Source: Mobula hypostoma (taxonomy: Eukaryota). From it: DNA of 64,000 nt. A model generated the notes under the pieces. The model made no database searches. It was not told the DNA's origin and saw nothing but the letters and a program-made list of their open reading frames with translations. The stretch spans positions 15,748,001 through 15,812,000 of the forward strand of contig NC_086097.1 of assembly GCF_963921235.1 (NCBI RefSeq). The letters run 5' to 3'. The stretch's first letter is position 1. Every line of letters begins with the position of its first letter. A program made the translations under genes and the position numbers. Positions 1 to 11,690 of the stretch are shown in pieces.

Positions 1-500
1 ATGACTCCATTTCTCATCAATCTCACCGATTAAAGTGTCGAGGAAGATTGAAACATTAAGGCAACCGCGGAAAGCGAGCAAGTGTTCAGGCCGTCTACCA
101 GCCTCTTGCTGGCTGCTGCAAGAGGAAGGTGAATGCGTGCAATGGTCTCTCACTTGTTGCTCCTGGAAGAAATTCCCTGTGTTTGAATGATCTCTCTTTC
201 CCTCAGTGCTGTCGGAGGATGGTACCGATATTCCAGGCCTGAAGTTTGTAGACTGGACTAATGAACACTGAACTAAACTGAATATGGACGCTTTCAATGT
301 TGTGTTTTATTTTCTGTGTTTTTGCTCATTCTTTCTTGTTGCCATTTGTGTGAATTGTTTTTCTTTGCATGTGGGGGGGGCGGAGTGGGGCTGATGTTTT
401 TCTTTGAACTAGTTCCATGGTTGTCTTTGTTTTGTGGCTGTCTGTGGGAAGACAAATCTTGGGGTTGTATGCACACTTTGACAATAAATCCTTTGAATTT
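1..500 (+). mobile_element. Non-autonomous retroelement with Rex1/Babar-type 3' tail (5' end outside window)
   Basis: 3' end gtggctgtctgtgggaagacaaatc...actttgacaataaatcctttgaa matches tails at ~51230-51295 and ~37365-37445. Confidence 0.5.
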
Positions 501-509
501 TATACTGTA

Positions 510-908
510 CAGTGCTGTGCAAAAGTCTTAGGTACCCTAGATTTTTTATATGGTTTCAGGTGGCAAGTCCTCCACAGAGTCCTAATCTCAACGTCATTGA
601 GGCTGTCTGGGATTACATGGAGAGACAGAAGCAAGCGAGGCAGCTAAAGTCTGCAGAATTGTGGCAAGTTCCCTAAGATGCTTGGAACAGCCTACCAGCC
701 GATTTTCTTACAAAACTGCATGACAGTGTACCTAAGGGAATTGATGCAGTTTTAAAAGCAAGGGGTGGTCACACCAAATTTTGATCTGATTTAGTACTTT
801 TACTGTTTACTGCTCTTTATAGTAATTTTTTTGATATTTAGAAACTTTTCATTTGATTATTTAATTGCAGATCTTTTTCCACGTGCCTAACACTTTTGCA
901 CGGTACTG
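510..908 (+). mobile_element. Tc1-family internal-deletion derivative (~400 bp)
   Basis: TA at 508-509 and 909-910. 26-bp TIRs (510-535 and 883-908, 22/26 match). Internal Tc1 transposase C-terminus PPQSPNLNVIEAVWD...DAVLKARGGHTKF. Confidence 0.9.
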
Positions 909-1301
909 TATCAGATTTTCATTTAATGTTTTAAGAAACGCTGGAGGATGAGCAGAGTCTAGAGCATAAGTGGGGAGGATTGCAAGCTCAGGCTAGATAA
1001 TGAGACACAAGACTGCAGCTGCCAGAGCAACTAACAATCTGCTGGAGGAATTTAGCAGGTCGAGCAGCAAAAAGTCCCCAGCAGACTGTCTGCTGCTCCA
1101 GGAAATCAGAACATTTGATTTTGCAGTTGGTGCCGGAGAAAATCGTTGGGACAAGTCAAGCTGTGTGGTATTGATCTGAAATGAGCTGAAATGTTCACCA
1201 AGATGTCCAGCTCTACGCCCATTTTACAGGGGCAGATCCCACGGCATGCTCTGCAGAGTTGAGAGTGTGGGACAATATTTGAAATGTTTCCTGTTCTTTA
1301 G

Positions 1302-1428
1302 ATATCGATGAGTGTGAGACGGGTAACCACACTTGCCAAGAAGAACAAATCTGCTTCAACATTCCAGGGACGTACAAGTGCCTGGACCCGGTGCGCTGCC
1401 AGGATCCCTACATACAGCTGAATGAAAA
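1302..1428 (+). CDS. FBLN5: Fibulin-5, third-last coding exon (last calcium-binding EGF-like domain)
   Basis: Acceptor ctgttctttag ends at 1301; donor AA|gtaag at 1429. Phase-1 start gives (D)IDECETGNHTCQEEQICFNIPGTYKCLDPVRCQDPYIQLNE(N), a cbEGF pattern matching fibulin-5 DINEC...CIDPIRCEEPY. Not in the ORF track. Confidence 0.95.
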
Positions 1429-1561
1429 GTAAGAACTCTGATGGGCAGCTACATGGCAAAGCAGCATATTAGCTAAGAGGGAACTCAAGCTCGTTAGGAG
1501 ACAGGAAGCTGAATATTATGCTCCATAATGTTTTGCTGCATGTTATAGTTTAGTCCTGAAC

Positions 1562-2340
1562 ACTACAGCATGGAAAAGGGCCTTTCAGCACATCTAAACT
1601 GTGCTGAACTATTAACCTGCCTAGTCCCATCTACCTGCACCTGGATCATAGCTCTCCATACTCCTCCCATCCAAGTAACCATCTAAGTTACTTTTAAATG
1701 TTGAAATCAAACCCAGATCTATTACGTGCACTGGCAGCTTTTTCCACATTCTCACCACCCTCTGAGTGAAGAAGTTTACCCTCGTATTCCGCTTAAATAG
1801 TTCACCTTTCTCCCTTAACCCATGACCTCTAGCTCTAGTCTCACCCAACCTCAGTGGAAAAAGTCTGATTGCATTTACCCTTTCTATATCCTTCATAATT
1901 TTATATACCTCTACCAAATCTCCCCTCTTTCTTCTACGCTCTAGAGAATAAAGTTCTAACCTATTCAACCTTTCCCTATAACTCAAGTCCTCAAGTCATG
2001 GTAGTGCCCTTGTAAATTTTCTCTGCATGCTTTCAATCTTGTTGATATTGTTCTAGTAGGTAGGCAACTGAAACAACATACACAATACTCCAAATTAGTC
2101 CACACTAGCGTCTTATACAGCTTCAACACAACATCCCAACTCCTGTACTAAATACTTTGATTTGTGAAGGACAAGGTGCCAAAAGTTTTCTTTATGACCT
2201 TAATCTACTTTCAAGGAATTATGGATCTGTATTCCCATATCCCTCTGTTCTACCGCAATCCTCAGCAATTCTTTCCTATGCCAGGATATGGCGTTCTCCA
2301 TTCAATGGATTCTGGGTTTGTTATTCATTTGCGCTGTATC
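1562..2340 (-). mobile_element. CR1 LINE, 3' fragment
   Basis: ORF 1621-1986 (YRERLNRLELYSLERRRKRGDLVEVYKIMK...NFFTQRVV) is the CR1 ORF2 C-terminus, followed by the CR1 3' UTR. Confidence 0.9.
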
Positions 2341-2384
2341 CATTCGCCTTCCCAGATTTCACATTACTTTAATTCAAACACAAG

Positions 2385-2720
2385 TAGAGCCAATGCCTTG
2401 CAGCACCAGAGTCCTATGTTCGATCCTGACCTCGGGCCTTGCCTGCGTGGAGTTACTTTGTTCTCCTTGGGGGTTTCCTCTGGGTGCTCTAGTTTCCTAC
2501 CCCATCCCAAAATTGTGAGAATTGATAGGTTCATTGGCGACTGTGAATTCCCCTTGGTGTGTAAGTGAACGGTGGAATCTGGGATGTGGGGGGGTGTAGT
2601 TGATGGGGATATGGCCTCAGTAAAATGATATTAATTTAAAACTGGCGTGGATAAGTATTTAACTGTCAGCATAGACTTGATAGGATGAAGAGGCCTGTTT
2701 CAGTGTCACTATTAACCTAC
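2385..2720 (+). mobile_element. V-SINE / HE1-like SINE
   Basis: B-box-like gttcgatcc, V-domain-like gggtttcctctgggtgctctagtttcctacccca, CR1-like tail. Confidence 0.75.
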
Positions 2721-3299
2721 AACAAGAGCACAAGCCGACCTCATCCATCATCCATGTTCCTCAGGTATTGTTTACTACTCAGGCCATCCTAATGCCAACA
2801 AAAGAAGCCATGGGAGGCAGAAAGGCCTAGTAATCCCATCATAAGGGCAGGCCTAAGAAAGCACTGACCATGAAATAACTGTGACTAAAGAATTGTTAAC
2901 CATCAGGGGCCTCCCATTACGTTCAGTAACATTCAAAATTATTGAAAATAGTTATAAAATTCCTGTTTTTTAAAAAACAGAACAATTAAAACTAATAAGA
3001 ACTATTAAATTATGAAGTAAACTCGATTAATCCAAAGAAATAATGATTAGCTTGTACTTACATTTCTTCTTTGCAGCCATTCCTCTTCTTTCCAATACCT
3101 ACTGTTCCTGTGATCGATTTATTGGATTTTATTCTTGTCAATAGGAATCAACATATTTTAATTCTTATTTTTATACAGTACATAGTATTACAGTAAAGCT
3201 TCCAGGGAACCTGATCACCTTAAAGAGAGCACAGGAAGTAGACCAAGGTCAGAGAGGGCAGAAAATGGCCTTCTGCTGTCATTGAAAGGGAGCATGGGA

Positions 3300-3515
3300 G
3301 TTGTGTATTAATATTTCAATAATATTTGTGTAATCTTGTTTATATATTGGTTGGCCATTTAAATAATTCATTGTGGGTTATATGTATAAATATATGATTT
3401 GCATACATTATCACATTATTATGATACAGGCGCGCCTTTACGTAACCTCAAAGTTAGACCTGTATTTCGGACTCCCATGTCTTCTTTTGAATTAGATTAA
3501 TGTTTTGAAGTTACA
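3300..3515 (+). mobile_element. LTR fragment (same family as 34651-34867)
   Basis: aatatttcaataatatttg...taattcattgtgggttata...ttttgaagttaca aligns by eye to the LTR at 34651-34867. Confidence 0.55.
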
Positions 3516-3520
3516 TGATG

Positions 3521-3706
3521 AATAAACTGTCAACATTTTGGGCTGAGACCCTTCTTCAGGTCCTATTGTAGCACACACAAAATTCTGAAGAAAATCAGCA
3601 GGTCAGCGGGTCAGACAGCATCTATGGAAATGAATGAACAGCTGAAGTTTCAGGCCGAGATTCTTCATCAGAACCTGAAGAAGGGTCTCCGCCCAAAATG
3701 TCAACT
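3521..3706. mobile_element. Penelope-like 3'-end (pLTR) fragments with degenerate hammerhead motifs
   Basis: Three motifs related to 61883-61918: ~3527-3562 (-), ~3640-3674 (-), ~3673-3706 (+). Confidence 0.7.
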
Positions 3707-3730
3707 ATATATATAGATATAGATAGATAG

Positions 3731-4086
3731 GGGAGGTAGTGTTCGTAGACCGTTAAAAAATATGATAGCAGAGGTGAAGAAGCTACTCCTAAAATGTGGA
3801 GGCTACCTCTTCAGGCTCCTGTGGTCCTCCCTGATGGTAGTAACGGAAGAGGGCATGTCCCGGATAGTGACCATCCTTAATAATGGATGCCACCTTCTTG
3901 GGGCACCACCTTTTGAAGATGTCCTCGATGGTGGAGGTGGTTATGCCTGTGATAGAACCAGCTGAGTTTGTGACCCCCAGCAGCCTCTTTCAATCCTGCA
4001 CGTTGGAGCCTTCGTACCAGCTCCCGGTCAGAATGCTCTCACCACACACCTGTAGGAATTTGCCGGAGTCTTTGATGCCATTGTGA
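3731..4086 (-). mobile_element. Rex1/Babar LINE fragment
   Basis: Reverse strand resembles the Rex/Babar C-terminal region (...KGGIHY*GWSLSGT, homologous to ASIIKDPHHPGH in other copies). Confidence 0.65.
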
Positions 4087-4176
4087 ACCAAATAAGCATG
4101 GACTTCTCTGTTGCGGCTACAATGAGAGGAATTCATTGTAAAATCCATTAATTATTGTATTCTCCCTGTGTTACAG

Positions 4177-4372
4177 TCGGTGCATGTGCCATGGAGACAA
4201 CCCTGGATGCACAGATCAGCCATTCACCATTCTGTACAAATACATGGACATGGTGTCGGGAAGGAGCGTCCCCTCAGATGTCTTCCAGATGCAGGCCACA
4301 GCCCGCTATCCCGGAGCATACTACATCTTCCAGATCAAATCCGGGAATGAAGGCAGAGAGTTCTACATGAGG
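4177..4372 (+). CDS. FBLN5: Fibulin-5, penultimate coding exon (end of EGF and start of fibulin C-terminal domain)
   Basis: Acceptor tctccctgtgttacag ends at 4176; donor AGG|gtaagc at 4373. AA+T completes Asn in phase. Translation RCMCHGDNPGCTDQPFTILYKYMDMVSGRSVPSDVFQMQATARYPGAYYIFQIKSGNEGREFYMR is diagnostic of FBLN5. Confidence 0.97.
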
Positions 4373-4974
4373 GTAAGCGGTGGCTTCTGTCATTACACTG
4401 AACAACGCTACTACTGATCCAGAATGAAAATGGGAACTTTTTACTAGTAATAAAATTCTGTAGCAAACACAGCTAGCCTAACCCCTCCACAACACCATCC
4501 CCCCACCTTAAATTTGAATCAAAATATATTTTACACCAACTTTATTACCCAGTCTTCTTTAAACTCTTTAAAGGCGGGTTCTTTGGCACTCTGTGAGTTC
4601 ACATGCCTATAACTACTGATGAAACTCAAAGCCAGGAGACACAAAAAAGTTGGAAATCAAACTACCCCTTTATTCAGTAAAAACACGCAACTACAAAATC
4701 TGAAACTCAAAGCTCAACTGTACATCCCAAAGCATGACTGTTTAAATGGTTTACCAAAGAACACTCAAGAGGTTGATTGGAATAATGACCAATCCGTGAA
4801 AGTCAGCTTGGAATTAGTTGTCTGCTGACCAATAGGCATTGGTTGTTTTGGCTCACCATAACACCGTCTGGTGTCTCCAGCTGAAAGTGGTCACTTCAGG
4901 CATCGTTCCTTCATCATAGCCACTTCTCCACCCTCTGAACCCACTTACACTTCATCCAGACGGATGACTGTAGT

Positions 4975-5470
4975 CATTGCTGAGGCCATACTTGGAGCAG
5001 TTTTTACACATTTGGTCACCCTGATATACGAAAGACATTGTCAGGCTGGAGAAGGCACAGAAGACACTTACAAGGATGCTGTCTAGAGTATAGGGCCTGA
5101 GTTATAGGGAAGGGTTGGCTACGCTGGATCTTTATTCCCTGGAATGCAGGAGAATAAGAGGAGAACTCAGAGATTTATATAATCATGAGGGATATGAATT
5201 TGATGGGTGGTCAGTCTTTTCTCCAGGGCTAAGGATTAAAAAACTAGAGGGGCACAGATACAGGATAAAAGAGATGAGATTAAAGAGCGGTAACTGGTTT
5301 TCATAGAAGGTAGTGAGTACCTGGAATGAGCTGCCAGTACAAGTGGTCTTGACGAGTTCAATGCCATATTTAAGACGCATTTGGATAGGTACATGGAGTG
5401 GAGGAGCTTGGAGGATTATGGGTCAATGGTGGTCAATTGTGGTTGGCATGGACCAGTTGGTCTTAAAGAA
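4975..5470 (+). mobile_element. CR1 LINE 3' fragment
   Basis: LDLYSLECRRIRGEL and STWNELP motifs, then the CR1 3' UTR running into the minisatellite. Confidence 0.8.
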
Positions 5471-5880
5471 ATCTAGCAGGGATGATGTTGGGGTTGGTAT
5501 GGACCAGTTGGGCTGAAAGTGAACTAGCAGGGATGATGTTGGGGTTGGTATGGACCAGGTGGTCTGAGAGAGGACTAGCAGGGTTGATGTTGGGGTTGGC
5601 ATGGACCAGATGGTCTGAAAGAGGACTAGCAGGAAGATGATGGGGTTGGTATGGACCAATTGGTCTGAAAGAGATCTAGCAGGGTTGATGTTGGGGTTGG
5701 CATGGACCAGATGGTCTGAAAGAGGACTAGCAGGGACGATGTTGGGGTTGGCATGGACCAGTTGGTCTGAAAGAGATCTAGCAGGGATGATGTTGGGGTT
5801 GGTATAGACCAGTTGGTCTGAAAGAGATCTAGCAGGGATGATGTTGGGGTTAGCATGGACCAGATAGGTTGAAAAGCCTG
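5440..5880 (+). repeat. Minisatellite, ~8 copies of a 51-52 bp unit
   Basis: Unit gatgatgttggggttgg(c/t)atggaccag(t/a)tggtctgaaagagatctagcagg; successive starts at 5481, 5532, ~5583 and onward. Confidence 0.95.
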
Positions 5881-6289
5881 TCTTACTTCCTCCTGATTCA
5901 GGGTACACCTTGCACAAATCCAAATAATGATGCCAGCCTTCCAGAAACTTCCTGGTGTATCTCAGAATCAGTCAGAATTGGAAGACAGCGAAAAACCGAG
6001 AGAGAAAATACTTGCAGGTTCTGATTGCAGAGGACTCTTGCGGTCCAAGTGCATAGCTGACTGAAAGTGGCGGCAGAATTCAATCCGGTGGTTAGGACAG
6101 CGTATGACATGATTGCCATTATTGGGCAATGCCCTGAGTCAAAAAGAAACATATGCACAATAATGAGAAACAATGAGAGAACAGTTTGCCTGAAGTTGAA
6201 TAATTTGACATTAGTTCCTGAGGGTCATAAAGCAGCAATTCACTTGCACTTGTTCCTGCCTAGTCTACTGCACTGGCATTCACAACATC

Positions 6290-6690
6290 GCCTCAGAAGA
6301 TAAGGAGTTGTTCCTCTAGATTTTGTTGAGCAACAGTAGGGGCCCCAGACAGGCAATTTGTGACAGGAGTGGGATTGAGGATTAAAGTGGCTTGCTGCAG
6401 GAAGATCAGGGGTTTCCCCTGTGGGCAGAGCCTGTATTTTGTTTCTCCAGTGTAGAGACCACATTGTGAACACCAAATGCAGTGGATGAGATTCGATGAA
6501 GTTCAGGGGAATCGCTGCTTTGTCTGAAATGAATGTTTGAGTGCCTGGATGGCGGGAAGGACAGAGGTGATTGAACAGGTCCGGCCTCAACTTTGGTTGC
6601 ATGGGAAGCTGCCATGACACTTGCTTCTTCCAATTTAGTCCACTGCATTCAGTGTCCGCAAGGGCTGCATTCTTCCAGCATTTTCAGGTT
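6290..6690. mobile_element. Old Penelope-like GIY-YIG fragments in inverted arrangement
   Basis: Minus strand DLPAASHFNPQSHS (cf. DLPVATHFNSTSHSH at 61400). Plus strand SSNLVHCIQCPQ (cf. STGVIYCVRCSR). Confidence 0.6.
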
Positions 6691-6760
6691 TCCATGTAGT
6701 CTGAATGGTTTGTTAATATCATTACTAAATAAGATTTTCGCTTTCTTCACAAACCTGCAG

Positions 6761-6922
6761 CAAACTGGGCCCGTCAGTGCTACAGTGGTGATGACCCGTC
6801 CAATTAGAGGGCCTCGAGACATTGTGTTGGACCTGGAGATGGTCACCGTGAACACCGTCATCAACTTTCGCGGGAGTTCAGTAATCAGACTGACAATCTT
6901 TATATCTGAATACACGTTTTAA
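6761..6922 (+). CDS. FBLN5: Fibulin-5, last coding exon to stop codon
   Basis: Acceptor ctttcttcacaaacctgcag ends at 6760, phase 0. QTGPVSATVVMTRPIRGPRDIVLDLEMVTVNTVINFRGSSVIRLTIFISEYTF* matches the FBLN5 C-terminus. Confidence 0.97.
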   Translation, partial: QTGPVSATVVMTRPIRGPRDIVLDLEMVTVNTVINFRGSSVIRLTIFISEYTF

Positions 6923-7175
6923 AGCCGTTGGGTTTCCCAGGGCTAGAGGTTCTACATCTATGTTTTATTGAGTGAATGTGTCACTGTTGTTGCTAAGGCA
7001 GAAAGCTGCTTTCGATAATACATTGTAACTGTATAGATTCTTAATTCTGTCTGCTTTTCTCCCCTGGCTGGGTCAGAGTTATTGTACAGCTACCCATGAA
7101 TAGAAATGCGATGCCTTCAAGCAGCAGTATATTCAGGAAGGCATTGTGATGTCCTTAGCCCTTGTTTATCCATTA

Positions 7176-7315
7176 GGATGTAAGACATAGGAGCAGAATT
7201 AGATCTTTCGGCCTAGTGAGTCTGCTCCAACATTTGATCGTGGCTGATTTATCTGCCCTCTCATCCCCATTCTCCTGTCTTCCCCCCATGACCTTTGGCA
7301 CCCTTATGTCAATCA
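7176..7315 (-). mobile_element. CR1 3' UTR fragment
   Basis: aagacataggagcagaattag...catccccattctcctgtcttcccc is shared with CR1 ends at 10470 and 18790. Confidence 0.7.
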
Positions 7316-7621
7316 AGGATGACAACAGTATATAAAAGGCTAGAGAGAATTGTCAAGAGCAATTTTTATAATATATACGTATTTGAGTTTTGTGAAATAG
7401 TTGGCATAATTAAGGCTAATTTTATGATCCGTCAGTCACTACAGTGAGAACTAGTTGGCCCTCTCCCTGATTGTTGCAATTCCGAAAACAAAAGAGCAAA
7501 TCTCAATGGCATTAGTTAGGTAATCCCAGGACTTCGCCCAGGTAGAAATGAAATAACAAAAACCTAATACTCTGCGACGTGGCAGACAACAATCTCATGA
7601 GCAGCGCAAGTGTGACCTGCA

Positions 7622-7797
7622 AGCTCAATTTCAACATTTAAGAGAAGTTTGGATAGGTACATAGATGATAGGGATATGGAGGGCTCTGGTCTCAGTGTAG
7701 GTCAGTGGGATTAGGCAGTTTAAATGGTTCAGTATGCACCAGATGGGCCAAGTGGCCTGTTTCTGTGCTGTACTTTTCTATGACTCTGTGACTCTAT
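7622..7797 (+). mobile_element. CR1 3' end fragment
   Basis: acatttaagagaagtttggataggtac...gggccaagtggcctgtttctgtgctgta...(tgactcta)n tail. Confidence 0.7.
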
Positions 7798-9299
7798 GGC
7801 ATTGACACCCCTATCCTTGTTAGTGGTAAATGCTGTAGGGGTTGAGATGTGCCCTTAAGGGTCCAAGTCCAAGTCTTTGGACTGAGAAGAGCACAAAATC
7901 ATTACCTAACTTTTGTGACAGATGATATCCTCACTATCATTGTCCGCACAACACTGAACAATCTCCATACCCACACCTACATGATTAATCATTAGTTACA
8001 CCCTTCAGGTTGAATAGAGTTTTGATAAATTATGAACTTTGTTGTATATAGAAGAATTATGGTTCCACAAGCAGCCTGGTATAGTGTGTTATACTCTGAG
8101 ATCATTACGAGCATTATAACAGGGGTTACCCATTATTAAGGACATTGTAGTTCGAAGAAGACAGTACAAAGTCCCAGGGGAGAATTTTTTTTCTTATCTT
8201 GTATTTCACATTTTGTGAAGGAGAAGTGGAAGTGGAGTTAACAAATATTAAATCAAAAAGAAAGATAAGACCCTGGATAAGAAAGAGGAAGGGAATTAGT
8301 GGGCTTGCTCCTTCAGTCACCCAGAACAGTCGCAGAGTTCATAAACAAGAAGCTGGAAAATCCAGAGTAACACACACACAATGCAGGAGGAACTCGCCAA
8401 GTCAGGGAGCATCTGTGGAATTAAATAAAGAGTCAGCGCTTCGGGCTGGGGCCCGAAGAAATGTCAACTTTTTATTTTATTCCTTTCCATAGAAGCTGCT
8501 CAGCCACTGAGCCACAGTGTACTACAGTGTAGAGGGAGGGTGAATCAATATCTACATACCAAGATCAGTCCCTGAATAACACAAAGATTCATGTATTTGT
8601 CCTGCAGCTCAAAACTCTGGAATCTGACATCTGCAGTTAATAAATGCCCAACACAATGCTGTCAGGCATAATATCACAAAAGGTTTCAGATGCCTCAGTC
8701 ACCGTGAGACATTGATCATCTCATCTGCATTACTTCAAATCTGCGCTCTTTGCCTTCAGATATTTTCCTTTTGTTCAAAGCAACGGGTATCTATATTAAT
8801 CACAGAAACCTGGAGCCACCCTGTAAAATCCTAAACAAGCATGGTGACTCATAAAGAGCTTAATGGCAGACTATTATATTGCCACCCATATTACACGTTG
8901 CTTCAGGCAGTAACAAGTGGCCTGATTCTGCAGCAGATAAAACACTGAAGTCATGGAACGACGTTGGTTAATTAATTTCACCCAACTAACAATACATCCT
9001 TATTGTCTCAAGTATGTCACCATTTTGTAAAGCAAACTCTTCTATAGTTCTTCCTAGCATCTGCTATCTTCCTAACTTGGTTCTCAATTTGTGATGTTGT
9101 AACAACAACAATAACTTGACCTAATGTCCCACCTCTAATGTAGTGAAATGTTCCAGGACGCTGAACAGAATTGTTGCCGAGTGAGGTTATTTGACAGCGA
9201 AATGAGGGCGGATAGTGAAAGGCTCAATCAAAAGGGTAGCTTGGTCAGACCTTTTAAAGGAGCTGAGCGAGGCAAGTAGTTAGAGGTCCTTAAGACCCT

Positions 9300-9670
9300 T
9301 CAAAGTTCAAAGTAAATTTATTATATGTCACTGAATCCTACCTTCAGATTTGATTTCATGAAGACATTTACAGGAAAATAAAGAAATACAATTGAATTTA
9401 TGAATGACTATAAATAACAAAGACTGACAAACAACCATTGTGCAAAAGGAGACAAATTGTTCAAGTAATAAAAAAAAGAGTAAAAGATAACACTGAGTTG
9501 TAGAGTCCTTGCAAGAGAGTCCATAGGCTGTGGAGTCAGCGAAGTTATCTATGCTGGATCAGGACCCTGATGGTTGGAGGGTGTAAACAGTTCCCGAACC
9601 TGGCGCTGTGGGACCTACCTCCTGCCCGATCGCCGTAGCGAGAAGAAAGCACGGCCTGGTTGCTGTTCTC
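9300..9670 (-). mobile_element. Rex1/Babar 3' end
   Basis: caaagttcaaagtaaatttatt tail and ctgatggttggagggtgtaaacagttcccgaacctgg (reverse strand ...FGNCLHPPTIR). Confidence 0.7.
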
Positions 9671-9713
9671 GCTGGTTGGAGTTCAAATCAGGTCCACATT
9701 CTCAGGATCTAGA

Positions 9714-10390
9714 TTAGATTAGATTATGAGAACACTCAGTCCTCTTTTTATTGTCATTTAGAAATGCATACATGCATTAAGAAATGATACAATGTTTCTC
9801 TGGAGTGATATCACAGAAAACAGGACAAACCAAAGACTAACACTGACAGAACCACATAATTATAACATATAGTTACAGTAGTGCAAAGCAATACAATAAT
9901 TTGATGAAGAACAAACCATGGGCATGGTAAATAAAGTCTCAAAAGTCCCCGAGTCGATCGACTCCCGAGTCCCCAATAGCAGGCGGCAAAAGGGAGAAAC
10001 TCCCTGCCATAAACCTCCAGGCACCAACAACTGCCGATGCCTTGGAAGCAGCCGACCACAACCAACACTGAGTCCATCCGTCTGAAAACTTCGAGCTTCC
10101 GACCAGCCTCTCCGATACAGCCTCCCGAGCGCCTTTGACTTCACCCCGGCCGCTGAAACACGCAAAGCCGAGGATTTCGGGGCCTTCAGCTCCGGAGATT
10201 CCGATTACCACACAGTAGCAGCGGCAGCGAAACGGACATTTCAGAACTTTTCCAGATGTTCCTCCGTGCTCTCACATCTGTCACCATCAAATCAGGATTG
10301 TGCACGGTCCCCTACTTGACAGATAACAGACATCATCACTAAAGTGGCCGCGTGCACTGCCGTCGCGCCGCCATCTTCTCCTCCCTCCCT
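9714..10390 (-). mobile_element. Young CpG-rich non-autonomous retroelement (~680 bp)
   Basis: Flanked by tctaga (9708-9713 and 10391-10396). Minus-strand 5' end ggagggaggagaagatggcggcgcgacg; (AATCT)n tail. Confidence 0.65.
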
Positions 10391-10461
10391 TCTAGAAGGT
10401 TTATGTGAGTGTAAGAAGTTAAGAGGGATGAGGGATTGATAGTGGAGATTGAACTGGTAGT

Positions 10462-10672
10462 AAGACCACATGACTATACGACATTGGAGCAGAATTAGGC
10501 CATTCGGTCCATTGAGTCTACTCCACCATAGCATCATGGCTGATTTATTACCCCTCTCATCCCCATTCTCCTGCCTTCTCCCCATGACCTTTGATGCCCT
10601 GACTAATCAAGAACCTACCAACCTCTGCTTTAAATATGCCCAATGACTTTGCCGCCAAGCTGTCCATGGCAA
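10462..10672 (-). mobile_element. CR1 3' UTR fragment
   Basis: gacattggagcagaattaggccattcggtccattgagtc... Confidence 0.7.
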
Positions 10673-11420
10673 GCACTGTGTAGTGTGTGCATGGGTCTTG
10701 GAGCTACAAAACACAGATGTTTGGAGGAGACCAAGTTTATGTAGGATGGTGTTCCACCAGAATAATCTTATCCATCAGCTCCAATCGTCGTGGTTTCCAT
10801 GCCATTGGAATCAGTTGGTTGATTTGTGAAGTATCATGTGCTTCTTGGAGTGCAACATCAAGTGCACATTAAACAAATACACGCACAGGCGTCTTCACCC
10901 TGTGGGCCACTTCCTCAGAACGAAGACCATAACCCTCAACCTCGAGGGATAGCCACGACAATGACAACAGGTAACAAAGCCATAGATAAGACCACCCAGT
11001 AACCATTTGAACTGAGACACCAATAGGGTTAGCAATGTTACGGAGAGAGGTAGACTTACAAAGATGTGCCAAATGGCCTAATTCTGCTCCTATGTCTTAT
11101 GGTCTTATCTCAGCACTCAAACCCTCCCAGTGGTACAACCAGTCTAGGCCAGCTTCATTCAGCCTTCTGGATGGCCAGAGAGCTGAATGTGTGGCAGGAC
11201 CAAAGACAATGGCTGCCAACTTCACCATATTTATTCATTGTATATTTCTGCTTAACAAATCTGAGGCAGTGCAGTAGCTCACAGAGGTGCCAGACAGAAA
11301 GAACCAAGAGTCAACAGGGGAGACGAGAAAGTGTCCTTGAATGATATCGGCAAACATTAGAATACAGATGATAATCGAAAGCCCAAAGGGTGGATCCATG
11401 GAAGATTGAGAGCTCCACTC

Positions 11421-11690
11421 CAGCATAGTGAGTACCATGACGCTATTACAGCTTGGAGTGTTGGACTTCGGAATTCAATTCTGACAGTGTCCATAAGGAG
11501 GTTGTACATCCTCCCCGTTGAACGAGAGGGTTTCCACCGGGTGCTCTGGTTTCCTCCCACAGTCCAAAGATACACCGTTATCAGGTTAATTGGTCATTGT
11601 CAATTAGGCTAGGGTTAACTAGGAGAGTTGCTGAGTGGTGCAGATTGATAGGCCTGTTCTACGCAGTGTCTCTTAAATAAATAAAATAAC
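11421..11690 (+). mobile_element. V-SINE / HE1-like SINE
   Basis: V-domain gggtttccaccgggtgctctggtttcctcccacagtccaaaga and (TAAA)n tail. Confidence 0.75.

Noticed and set aside
4373..4417. ORF continuation VSGGFCHYTEQRYY
   Set aside because: Read-through past the GT donor into the intron.
5423..5923. 166-aa repetitive ORF, or a CRISPR-like array
   Set aside because: This is translation of a minisatellite. Units are contiguous with no unique spacers, and the context is a vertebrate intron.
6593..6760. N-terminal extension of ORF 6593-6922
   Set aside because: Intronic Penelope-derived sequence; the exon starts at the acceptor at 6761.
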